The notes under the pieces are model-generated. The model saw only the letters and a list, made by a program, of their open reading frames with translations, made no database searches and was not told the origin of the DNA. 64,000 nt of DNA from Nitrospirota bacterium. Its GTDB lineage: Bacteria; Nitrospirota; Thermodesulfovibrionia; Thermodesulfovibrionales; JdFR-86. Made by a program: the position numbers and the translations under genes. Location: assembly GCA_963721805.1 (NCBI GenBank), contig CAVRJY010000005.1, positions 19,318-83,317 on the forward strand, given 5' to 3'. Positions 27,401 to 34,506 of this stretch are shown here, piece after piece (positions within the stretch are counted from its first letter, which is position 1; every line of letters starts with the position of its first letter).

Positions 27401-28377
27401 TTTTGTGCGAGCCGATGACCGCCCTGCGCGCGGACTGGGAGGAGACGGGCTACCGCTTAGAGCGGCTCCAGTGCGACCCCTCATGCGCTGACGAGGAATC
27501 GCGCAACATAATGCAGAGGCAGGGCCCGCGGTTCTCGGTGGGCTTCAAGCCCGCATTGACCGAGCCTCCGGCAGTGCGGCCCAAGGTCGCGATCATCCGC
27601 GAGGAGGGCAGCAACTCCGACCGCGAGATGTCATCGGCGTTCTACATGGCCGGGTTCGAGCCCTGGGACATCACGATCACGGACCTGATGGACGGGCGCG
27701 CCACGCTCGACGCCATGCGCGGGGTCGCGTTCGTAGGCGGCTTCAGCTACGCCGACGTGCTCGACTCGGCGAAGGGCTGGGCCGGGACTATACGTTTTAA
27801 CGCGCGCACGCGTGAGGAGTTCGACCGCTTCTACGCGAGGCCGGACACCTTCAGCCTCGGCGTCTGCAACGGCTGCCAGCTTATGGCGCTGCTTGGGTGG
27901 GTTCCATGGCGCGGGATAGCGGACGCGGCTCAGCCCCGGTTTATTCACAACCGCTCGGGCCGGTTCGAGAGCCGCTTCAGCACGGTAAAGATATTTAACA
28001 GCCCCGCGATGATGCTTCGGGGGATGGAGGGCTCGGTGCTCGGCATATGGGTCGCGCACGGCGAGGGGATGCTGCATTTTCCGGACCGCGAGATATACAA
28101 TAAAGCTATGGCTATGGACCTTGCGCCGGTGCGGTTCGTGGACGACGCAGGGGAGCCGACCGAGGCGTATCCCTTCAACCCTAACGGCTCGCCGCTTGGG
28201 ATCACCGCACTGTGCTCCCCGGACGGCCGGCACCTCGCTCTGATGCCGCATCCGGAGAGATCGTTCCTCGCGTGGCAGTGGGCCTGGATGCCGGAGCAAT
28301 GGAGGCGAGAGATGAAGGTATCGCCGTGGCTGAAGTTATTCCAGAATGCGAGGCAGTGGTGCTTGAGCCAATCATGA
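24490..28377 (+). CDS. purL: Phosphoribosylformylglycinamidine synthase, single-chain large form
   Basis: 1295-aa ORF with a C-terminal glutamine amidotransferase domain (GVCNGCQ, HPE). Confidence 0.95.
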   Translation: MGMLHLYRTPALTQGQAASLIESLANAGHEVSAITAEYCFNCWCTGTLDAAEQERLTWLLSETFEPENFSANSFLSGDVIEVGPRLNFQTTWSANAVSIARATGVTHVTRIERSRRYLLEGADAAGRAAFTAMVHDRMTETPYPAPLQSFESGIVPEPVTVVPVIEQGPEALRELNRRMGLGLDDWDIEYYHNLFVNVMKRNPTTVECFDLGQSNSEHSRHWFFKGDLVIDGERMPENLMQIVGGPIRTQGTTNSVIAFSDNSSAIRGFKINTLLPETPGTPGAMVEAQREYHPTFTAETHNFPTGVAPFPGAETGTGGRIRDVQAVGRGGLVVAGTAGYCVGNLHLPGYVQPWEDATFSYPGNLASPLKIEISASNGASDYGNKFGEPLIQGFTRAFGMRLPNGERREWIKPIMFTGGVGQMDSAHVAKGQPERGMLVVKVGGPAFRIGMGGGAASSMLQGENLEELDFNAVQRGDAEMEQKLNRAIRACIELGDKNPIVSIHDQGAGGNCNVLKELVAPAGGRIDIRKIELGDATLSVLEIWGAEYQEQDALLLRPQDGPLFEAICRREKVPVAFVGEITGDGRVVVWDSKDNSTPVSLDLRHVLAEMPSKTFTITRQKPLLKAPELPASLTLKDALGRVLRLVSVGSKRFLTNKVDRSVTGLIARQQCAGPLGLTVADVAVIAQSHFGTTGAAISIGEQPIKGLINPSAMARMSVAEALTNIVWAPITRIEDIKASGNWMWAAKLPGEGALIYDAAVALRDVMIELGIAIDGGKDSLSMAARDNATGEMVKSPGTLVISAYAPATDITKVVTPDIKHPGGSVLLHVDLAKGQRRIGGSALLQCFNQFGDESPDIEDAGILRRAFGAVQAMIKEGVVLAGHDISDGGLIVAALEMAFSGNCGLALNMALMDDDPIQALFSEEAGLLIEADAQDAEQIINALGDEGVQCNLIGRTVADDNVTVIVEGRTLLCEPMTALRADWEETGYRLERLQCDPSCADEESRNIMQRQGPRFSVGFKPALTEPPAVRPKVAIIREEGSNSDREMSSAFYMAGFEPWDITITDLMDGRATLDAMRGVAFVGGFSYADVLDSAKGWAGTIRFNARTREEFDRFYARPDTFSLGVCNGCQLMALLGWVPWRGIADAAQPRFIHNRSGRFESRFSTVKIFNSPAMMLRGMEGSVLGIWVAHGEGMLHFPDREIYNKAMAMDLAPVRFVDDAGEPTEAYPFNPNGSPLGITALCSPDGRHLALMPHPERSFLAWQWAWMPEQWRREMKVSPWLKLFQNARQWCLSQS

Positions 28378-28700
28378 GATCGCTTCTGGCATTCATACTC
28401 TTGCTCATCCTACTGACTGCCGGTACCGCGCTTGCGGTGGCGCCCGAGAAGTCGGTCGACTACGACGGCGGGATTCTCGGGATGGTCACGTTTTCGGGCA
28501 GGACGCACGCGGATGCGGGCCTTAGGTGCGACGACTGCCACACGCGCATATTCCCGAGGCTCAGCGGGGCCGGACATATGACCAGCCGCGACCATATCAA
28601 GGAACTGCTCTGCGGAGTCTGCCACAACGGCAAGAGGGCGTTTAGCGTTAATGAAGAGTCGGCCTGCGACAAGTGCCATCAGCGCAATCCGGGGCCGTAA
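28374..28700 (+). CDS. Small triheme c-type cytochrome (c7-like)
   Basis: Signal peptide MRSLLAFILLLILLTAGTALA. Three CxxCH motifs (CDDCH, CGVCH, CDKCH). ATGA overlap with the purL stop. Confidence 0.75.
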   Translation: MRSLLAFILLLILLTAGTALAVAPEKSVDYDGGILGMVTFSGRTHADAGLRCDDCHTRIFPRLSGAGHMTSRDHIKELLCGVCHNGKRAFSVNEESACDKCHQRNPGP

Positions 28701-28726
28701 TTCACCACATCATTCCTGTCCGATAG

Positions 28727-28935
28727 ATCTTCTAAAGTCGCGCTAAATACGCGTGATACGTCGTCACCGTTCGAAAAACGATCCTCGAAGTATGTCCATA
28801 TACGACTGCGGGGGTCACAGACCCCTCCTGTAAAGAAAAAGGTGCCCATGGCACCCCTAGTCTGACGCGATTTATCGCGCTTTAAAGTGGTCATTGCATA
28901 ATCGTGCGAGCGGTCAACGGCATTGATTAGAGCAT
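28727..28935 (-). repeat. SRE copy R8 (head type 2; body with embedded hairpins; GTAT/ATAC P4 variant)
   Basis: Tail CTTCTAAAGTCGCGCTAAATACGCG. Hairpins at 28808-28857. Head GGTCAACGGCAT ending 28923 plus TGATTAGAGCAT. Confidence 0.85.
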
Positions 28936-28949
28936 TTCGATTGCTGATT

Positions 28950-28958
28950 TGATATAAT
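28950..28958 (+). promoter_or_regulatory. Extended -10 promoter (TGaTATAAT), probably giving leaderless hicB mRNA
   Basis: TG at 28950-28951 and TATAAT at 28953-28958. The hicB-like ATG is at 28965, and no SD sequence lies between. Confidence 0.45.
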
Positions 28959-28964
28959 CGGGAT

Positions 28965-29192
28965 ATGAGGAAGATCAAGATAACCGCCGAGCTGTTGCCT
29001 GCCGAGGAAGGCGGCTTCGTGGTGTATTGCCCCGAACTCGACATAACCACCGAGGGCGAGACCGCCGAGGAGGCAATCGCGATGCTCAAGGATGCCGCGC
29101 TTGGGTATGTCGAGGTCACGGGCATCGAGAACATCCCCCATTTTTCCGCTAATACCGTCCGGGAAGAGCTTGAACTCGTGGTGAATGGCTAA
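28965..29192 (+). CDS. hicB: HicB-like antitoxin
   Basis: 75 aa, GGFVVYCPELDITTEGETAEEAIAMLKDAA. Overlaps the hicA start. Confidence 0.7.
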   Translation: MRKIKITAELLPAEEGGFVVYCPELDITTEGETAEEAIAMLKDAALGYVEVTGIENIPHFSANTVREELELVVNG

Positions 29193-29433
29193 AGCGCCTT
29201 CCGTCAGCGGCAAGGAGCTGTCCGCTGTGCTTGAGAGGGAGGGCTTCAAGCTCGTAAGGCAGACCGGAAGCCACAGGATATATCAGAAGCAGACCGAAGA
29301 AGGCACAATTACAATCCCCGTCCCGGTGCATTCGAACAAGCCGCTTAAGAAAGGCACCCTCCACGCGATCATCAAGAAAGCCGGAATCACGATGGAGAGA
29401 CTTTCGTTCCTGCTCGCGATCCTGTTCGGCTAG
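29185..29433 (+). CDS. hicA: HicA family toxin
   Basis: 82 aa, GKELSAVLEREGFKLVRQTGSHRIY...PVHSNKPLKKGTLHAIIKKAGI. Confidence 0.75.
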   Translation: MAKAPSVSGKELSAVLEREGFKLVRQTGSHRIYQKQTEEGTITIPVPVHSNKPLKKGTLHAIIKKAGITMERLSFLLAILFG

Positions 29434-29519
29434 GGGGCAGCGCCCCTTGGCTGCCGAAATTTATCGCGCTTTGATGTAGCTTATGCCTAACCGTGCGAGC
29501 GGTCAACGGCATGTTGAGG
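29434..29519 (-). repeat. SRE copy R9 (3'-truncated: head, P1 and first part of P2 only, ending at a GGGGC..GCCCC hairpin)
   Basis: Head GGTCAACGGCAT at 29501-29512. CCGAAATTTATCGCGCTTTG resembles R5. Hairpin at 29434-29446. Confidence 0.7.
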
Positions 29520-29524
29520 CTACC

Positions 29525-30349
29525 TCATTCAGCGGTTGACCAAGCAGCGTAATACGTGTCGTTCAAGTAATTTGCAAGCTTGTTGGTCCCATCAACAAAC
29601 TGCTTCCATACCTGTCGAGTTTCAACAAGCAGAAAATCCAACTCAAAATCAGGAGGTTGTTGTCCAGGGATTGCCAATAATTTGCCTTTTTCTTGCTGTA
29701 TTGGTGCTATCTGAGTCTCCTTAGGCCAATCCACATATGGTGTCTCATTGTGGACAAATTCATGTCGATATGTTTTCATCAGCTTTCTTGTTTCTTCTGA
29801 ATCGAAACATTCATAAAGCAGACTGCACAATTCAGGGTTCTTCTTATTGGCTTTCTTGCAATATATTGAGAAAGACATTTTCTGTTTATTTGTTTCTGTA
29901 TTGATAAAACATAATTTAGCATGCGAGTTCAGTAACCATGCGAGCTTTTCACGATAAGAATGTAGCCTGAATATCGCATTATCCAAGTAATATTTCGAAT
30001 AAAACCAAGCTTCGCCACAGAACGATTTCGAATCCACAAAATCAAGGAATTCAGCACACTGACTTTTTGTCTTTTGCTCATTAAGGTATCTTGACCAAGC
30101 TAAGGCCCAACTGAGACTAACAGCTATAGAGCTTCCACAGTTGTAGACTTGTCTCCACCATTTTGGAATATTATTTACATCACAGTAAAACTCAATAGAA
30201 TCGAGAGCGGGACGCTTCAGAATATTACCTAGAGAAATCCTGCCTTTTGGCAGTGGCAAACTGTCCCAGTCAGTATTTTCAATTTTTAAGGATGTTGCGT
30301 ATTCGGCAACTATACGGAGTCTATCAAGGTAGGCTTCTTTTTCATCCAT
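29525..30349 (-). CDS. AT-rich hypothetical protein with C-terminal Rx4H motif (YRHEFVHN); possible HEPN-type
   Basis: 274-aa ORF with composition far below the backbone. HEPN assignment rests only on the motif. Confidence 0.5.
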   Translation of the reverse strand: MDEKEAYLDRLRIVAEYATSLKIENTDWDSLPLPKGRISLGNILKRPALDSIEFYCDVNNIPKWWRQVYNCGSSIAVSLSWALAWSRYLNEQKTKSQCAEFLDFVDSKSFCGEAWFYSKYYLDNAIFRLHSYREKLAWLLNSHAKLCFINTETNKQKMSFSIYCKKANKKNPELCSLLYECFDSEETRKLMKTYRHEFVHNETPYVDWPKETQIAPIQQEKGKLLAIPGQQPPDFELDFLLVETRQVWKQFVDGTNKLANYLNDTYYAAWSTAE

Positions 30350-30379
30350 CTTTCTTCCCTCTCGGCCACCAGCAAAACC

Positions 30380-30601
30380 TTACGTCAGCAGGCTCGCCAC
30401 AGAGATGTCCTCGTCGATCTCTTCCCAGTGTATGCCGATTCCCCGGCCTATGAGGCGCCATCCGGCGCGCTGGGCCTCGGACGCGTCACGGAGCCTAGGG
30501 AACCACTCGAACGGGACACTTATCTGCCGGCCGTCTAGGAGGCGCACATGCAACATATCGTTATCGAACCATACGGCGTTTGCTATATGAGCAGTAGACA
30601 T
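30380..30601 (-). CDS. DUF2442 domain protein
   Basis: 73 aa, LHVRLLDGRQISVPFEWFPRLRDASEAQRAGWRLIGRGIGIHWEEIDEDIS. Confidence 0.7.
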   Translation of the reverse strand: MSTAHIANAVWFDNDMLHVRLLDGRQISVPFEWFPRLRDASEAQRAGWRLIGRGIGIHWEEIDEDISVASLLT

Positions 30602-30666
30602 GAGTTGATTATACCACTTCGATTATTGCCGGCCGATTGTCCCCACTCACCGCTGAGCTGTGCCCC

Positions 30667-31028
30667 CTTCATTAACAATAGTTAATCGAAAGTTAATAGA
30701 AAACGCACAGGGCTCAATTTTTCCTATAACCTTCTGTTTATATATAAACCAAAGTTTGGCATTCTTTAGTGTATAGTGGTGACATGAGCATGATAGAATC
30801 ATATTTGATGGGCTGGACAGGCGAGGATGCAGGGTTCCGCACTTGTTCGGATAAATCGCTAAATACCGCTCTTTTTATCCGAACATCCGAACAAGACGGA
30901 CTCAGTGAAGCTATATATTCCGCAGGGTTAGCCTCGTTTTTGTCTCCAACATCCGAACAAAAAAGGCAAAAACGCGCGCGCACGCGCGCGGAATGCGTAA
31001 CTATACCTAAGCGCGAACGTCCGAACAC
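30667..31028 (+). repeat. Module X1: 360-bp AT-rich module fused to the head of R10
   Basis: Roughly 75-80 percent identical (by eye), with no indels, to 47670-48032. Contains ATTAAC/GTTAAT sites, GTTTATATATAAAC, five ATCCGAACA-like sites and a (CG)n palindrome at 30973-30990. Confidence 0.8.
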
Positions 31029-31205
31029 GCCTTTGACCTCGTGGGGCGCGGGGGGCCTCCGTAATGTTCTCCCCCCGAAAGCGCGCCCAAATCGGCTTCA
31101 GACAAGGCAGGGCGAGAAGACCGCCCGATGGTGTACTGTGACGTACATAGAGGGCGAGTCCTCGCAGCCCAACGCAGTATCAAGCGATTTGGCGCGCTTT
31201 GCACC
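31029..31205 (+). repeat. SRE copy R10 (head variant b, body type 1)
   Basis: GCCTTTGACC at 31029-31038. Tail GATTTGGCGCGCTTTGCACC ends 37 nt before ald. Confidence 0.85.
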
Positions 31206-31242
31206 TATTGCCAATAACGATTATTTTGAGTACCATATACCC

Positions 31243-32337
31243 ATGGTAATCGGCGTGCCGAAAGAGATCAAGCCCCAGGAGCACAGAGTGGCCCTCACGC
31301 CCGAGGGCGCGCGCGAACTGGTGCGCGAGGGCCACACAGTGCTGTGCGAGGCCTCGCTCGGCGAGGGCAGCGGATTTCGGGACATGGACTATATCGCGGC
31401 GGGCGCGTCGATCGTGCCCAAGGAGGCGGTGTTCGCGGACGCCGCGCTCGTCATCAAGGTCAAGGAGCCGATACCCGAGGAGTTCCCGTTCCTGCGGCCC
31501 GGGCTTGCGCTCTTCACCTTCCTGCACCTCGCGGCCAACACCGCTCTGACGGACACGCTGATGCGGGGCCGCATCACAGCCCTTGCGTACGAGACGCTCA
31601 CGCGCGGCGGCCGTTTCCCGCTCCTGATGCCGATGAGCGAGATAGCCGGGCGGATGGCCCCGATCATGGGGGCGCACTACATCCAGCGCACCTATGGCGG
31701 AAGCGGCCTGCTGCCCTCTGGAGTGCCGGGCGTGGCCCCGGCGGGCATGCTCGTATTGGGCTCGGGCGTCGTAGGCTCAAACGCCGCGCGCGTCGCGGTT
31801 GGCCTCGGCATGGACGTGACCGTGCTCGGGCAGGACATCGCCCAGCTTCGCGAGATAGACCGCGAGCACTGTTTCAGGGTCAAGACGCGCGTGTTCTCGG
31901 ACGAGGCGCTGGAGGAATGCCTCGCGCTGGCGGACGTCGTGGTAGGCGCGGTGCTCGTAAACGGGGAGCGCGCCCCGGTGCTCGTACGGCGCTCGATGCT
32001 CACTCTCATGAGGCGCGGCGCGGTCGTCGTGGACGTCTCGATAGACCAGGGCGGCTGCTTCGAGTCCTCGCACCCGACCACTCACGCCGACCCCGTGTTC
32101 GTGGACTCGGGCGTGGTGCACTACTGTGTGGCGAACATGCCGGGCGCGTATCCTCACACCTCGACGCTCGCTCTGACGCATGCAACGCTGCCGTACATCA
32201 GGGCGCTCGCTTCAAAGGGCATAGAGGTCGCGATGAAGAAGGACGCGGAGCTCAGAAGCGCGCTTAACGCCTATGACGGGATGATTGCCCACAGGGGGCT
32301 TGCGGAGTCGACCGGGCTGCCGTTTACGGAGTTTTAG
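31243..32337 (+). CDS. ald: Alanine dehydrogenase
   Basis: MVIGVPKEIKPQEHRVALTPEG start and an NAD-binding GSGVVG motif. The 522-aa track ORF is read-through of X1/R10. Confidence 0.9.
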   Translation: MVIGVPKEIKPQEHRVALTPEGARELVREGHTVLCEASLGEGSGFRDMDYIAAGASIVPKEAVFADAALVIKVKEPIPEEFPFLRPGLALFTFLHLAANTALTDTLMRGRITALAYETLTRGGRFPLLMPMSEIAGRMAPIMGAHYIQRTYGGSGLLPSGVPGVAPAGMLVLGSGVVGSNAARVAVGLGMDVTVLGQDIAQLREIDREHCFRVKTRVFSDEALEECLALADVVVGAVLVNGERAPVLVRRSMLTLMRRGAVVVDVSIDQGGCFESSHPTTHADPVFVDSGVVHYCVANMPGAYPHTSTLALTHATLPYIRALASKGIEVAMKKDAELRSALNAYDGMIAHRGLAESTGLPFTEF

Positions 32338-32710
32338 CCGGGTGCTTGCGCTGTAGTTCGGCCAGGGCCTGCAGCCTGCGCACATGCGGGTTTACGGCCA
32401 GCACCAGGAGGTTCAGCCCGGAGGATAGCGCGAAGAACAGGCCGGTCAGAAAGAGAGCGAGAGCGGAGCCTGCCATCACCGCGAAGACGATCCACTTCGA
32501 GGCCCATACGAGCGCCCCGCCCTGGATCTTGAACTTGTAGAGGTAGTAGAGGTCGGGCTTGCCTGTCCACAGCACGTAGGCGAGCGAGGTCGAGAGTATC
32601 GCCGAGACGAGCATCGCCGCGGCGTCGCGGGCGAATATCCATACGTAGATCCCGCCGAGGCTGTGCCCGGCGGCCGCCTGCTTGAGCCTGCGCTTTATGC
32701 GGTCTTTCAT
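32324..32710 (-). CDS. Membrane protein, hypothetical
   Basis: 128-aa ORF just downstream of nadE with three or four hydrophobic segments. Confidence 0.45.
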   Translation of the reverse strand: MKDRIKRRLKQAAAGHSLGGIYVWIFARDAAAMLVSAILSTSLAYVLWTGKPDLYYLYKFKIQGGALVWASKWIVFAVMAGSALALFLTGLFFALSSGLNLLVLAVNPHVRRLQALAELQRKHPAKTP

Positions 32711-32714
32711 CTGG

Positions 32715-34445
32715 TTACGAGCCCTCTCCCCGGTATCCGTTCGTGATCGGCATGCGCCGGTCTTTGCCGAACGCGCGCTGCGTGATCTTGATCCCCGGCG
32801 GCGACTGCCTTCGCTTGTACTCCGAGCGGTCGACCATCCGCACCACGCGCCTTATTATATCCTGAGGCGCGCCGGTCTGGCCAGCTATCTCGTCCATGCC
32901 GCGCTCCTGCTCGACGTAGGCGCGCAGGATCGGGTCCAGCACGTCATAGGGCGGGAGGCTGTCGGTGTCGAGCTGGCCGGGGCGGAGCTCCGCGGTCGGC
33001 TCGCGCGTGAGGACGCGCTGGGGTATCACGTCCGACTGGGCGTTGCGCCAGCGCGCGAGGCGGTATACCATCGTCTTGGGGACGTCCTTGATCACCGCGA
33101 ACCCGCCTGCCATGTCGCCGTAGAGCGTGGCGTACCCCACGCTCATCTCGGATTTGTTGCCGGTCGTGAGCACGAGCGAGCCGGTCTTGTTCGAGACGGC
33201 CATCAGGAGGTTGCCCCTGATGCGGGCTTGGAGGTTCTCCTCGGCCGTGTCGGGCTTCATGCCCCTGAAGGCGTCCGCGAGCGCCGCGTCGTATGAGCGG
33301 AAGACCGGGTCTATCGGGATCGTCAGGAGTTTAAGCTTGAGCGACCGGCAGAGCGCGACGCTGTCGTCGCGGCTCATCTTCGAGGTATAGCGCGAGGGCA
33401 TGAAGATGCATGTGATGTTCTCCGGCCCGAGCGCGTCGGCGGCTATCGCAGCGACGAGGGCGGAGTCCACCCCGCCGCTTAACCCTATGAGCGCGCCCTT
33501 GAAGCGGTTTTTGCGGACGTAGTCGCGCAGCCCGAGCACGAGCGCGGCATAGACCTCCTCGTCGTCCGGCATCGGCTCCGGCATAGGCGCGGGCTTTGAG
33601 GCGGGCTTGCGCTTTCTGGGCTTGAAGTCTACGTCCACGGGCTCAGCGCTCGGGGCGGCCTCGGCCTGCTTGCGGCGGCGGGGGTCCATGAGGCGGCGCA
33701 TGAAGACTCCGTCGAGATCGAGGTCAGCGACGAGCAGGCCTTCCCTGAACTGTGGCCCGCGGCTGATGACCTCGCCCTGCTCGTTTAAGATCATGCTCGC
33801 GCCGTCGAAGACGAGCTCGTCCTGGCCGCCAACCATGTTTAGGTATGCGACCACGACCGAGCTGTCGGTCGCGCGCGTGCGGAGCATCGCCTCGCGCTCG
33901 GCAAGCTTGCCGATTGAGTACGGCGATGCGTTTATGTTGATGATGAGCTCCGCGCCCGCGACGGCCTGCATGCGGTGCGGCCCCTCGGGATACCAGATGT
34001 CCTCGCAGATCGTTATGCCGACCAGGACCTCGCCGATGCGGAAGACCGTCGGCGCGCATCCGGGCTTGAAGTACCTGAACTCGTCGAAGACCCCGTAGTT
34101 GGGCAGGTGGGCCTTGCGGTATGTGCCGGCTAGGTGGCCGCCCGTGAGCACAGCGGCCGAGTTATAGATGTCCACGTCGCGCTCGACGAACCCGACGACC
34201 GTGACGATCCCCTTGGGCACGGCCTTGCGCACCGCATCGAGCGCGAGGAGGTTGTCCTCGATGAAGCCCTGCTTCAGGAGCAGGTCCTCGGGCGGATAGC
34301 CGGTAATCGCGAGTTCGGGGAACGCGACCACGTCCGCGCCGAGGCCATGGGCCTCCTTTATCAAGGCAACTATCTGCCGAGCATTCCCCGCGAGGTCGCC
34401 TACCGTGGGGTTCGTCTGCGCGAGCGCGAGCCTTAGCGTCTTCAT
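32715..34445 (-). CDS. nadE: Glutamine-dependent NAD+ synthetase
   Basis: N-terminal nitrilase-type domain (FPELAITGYPPEDL, ICEDIW) plus a C-terminal NAD synthetase PP-loop (SGGVDS). Start set at MKTLRLALAQ. Confidence 0.9.
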   Translation of the reverse strand: MKTLRLALAQTNPTVGDLAGNARQIVALIKEAHGLGADVVAFPELAITGYPPEDLLLKQGFIEDNLLALDAVRKAVPKGIVTVVGFVERDVDIYNSAAVLTGGHLAGTYRKAHLPNYGVFDEFRYFKPGCAPTVFRIGEVLVGITICEDIWYPEGPHRMQAVAGAELIININASPYSIGKLAEREAMLRTRATDSSVVVAYLNMVGGQDELVFDGASMILNEQGEVISRGPQFREGLLVADLDLDGVFMRRLMDPRRRKQAEAAPSAEPVDVDFKPRKRKPASKPAPMPEPMPDDEEVYAALVLGLRDYVRKNRFKGALIGLSGGVDSALVAAIAADALGPENITCIFMPSRYTSKMSRDDSVALCRSLKLKLLTIPIDPVFRSYDAALADAFRGMKPDTAEENLQARIRGNLLMAVSNKTGSLVLTTGNKSEMSVGYATLYGDMAGGFAVIKDVPKTMVYRLARWRNAQSDVIPQRVLTREPTAELRPGQLDTDSLPPYDVLDPILRAYVEQERGMDEIAGQTGAPQDIIRRVVRMVDRSEYKRRQSPPGIKITQRAFGKDRRMPITNGYRGEGS

Positions 34446-34506
34446 TGGGTTATAATATCCGACGCCCGGCGCTTTGTAAAGCCGCAGGCGGCAAGGAGGG
34501 CGCGGC

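Larger units (their letters stand above)
28727..31205. mobile_element. Inverted SRE pair R8...R10 enclosing hicBA, R9, a HEPN-motif gene, DUF2442 and module X1
   Basis: Heads face inward. Cargo is largely AT-rich with toxin-antitoxin-type content. Confidence 0.55.

Noticed and set aside
30769-32337. 522-aa ORF in the track spanning module X1, R10 and ald
   Set aside because: It is a read-through artefact. The N-terminal 158 codons are repeat sequence (X1 plus SRE), and ald has its own well-placed start at 31243 (MVIGVPKEIKP).
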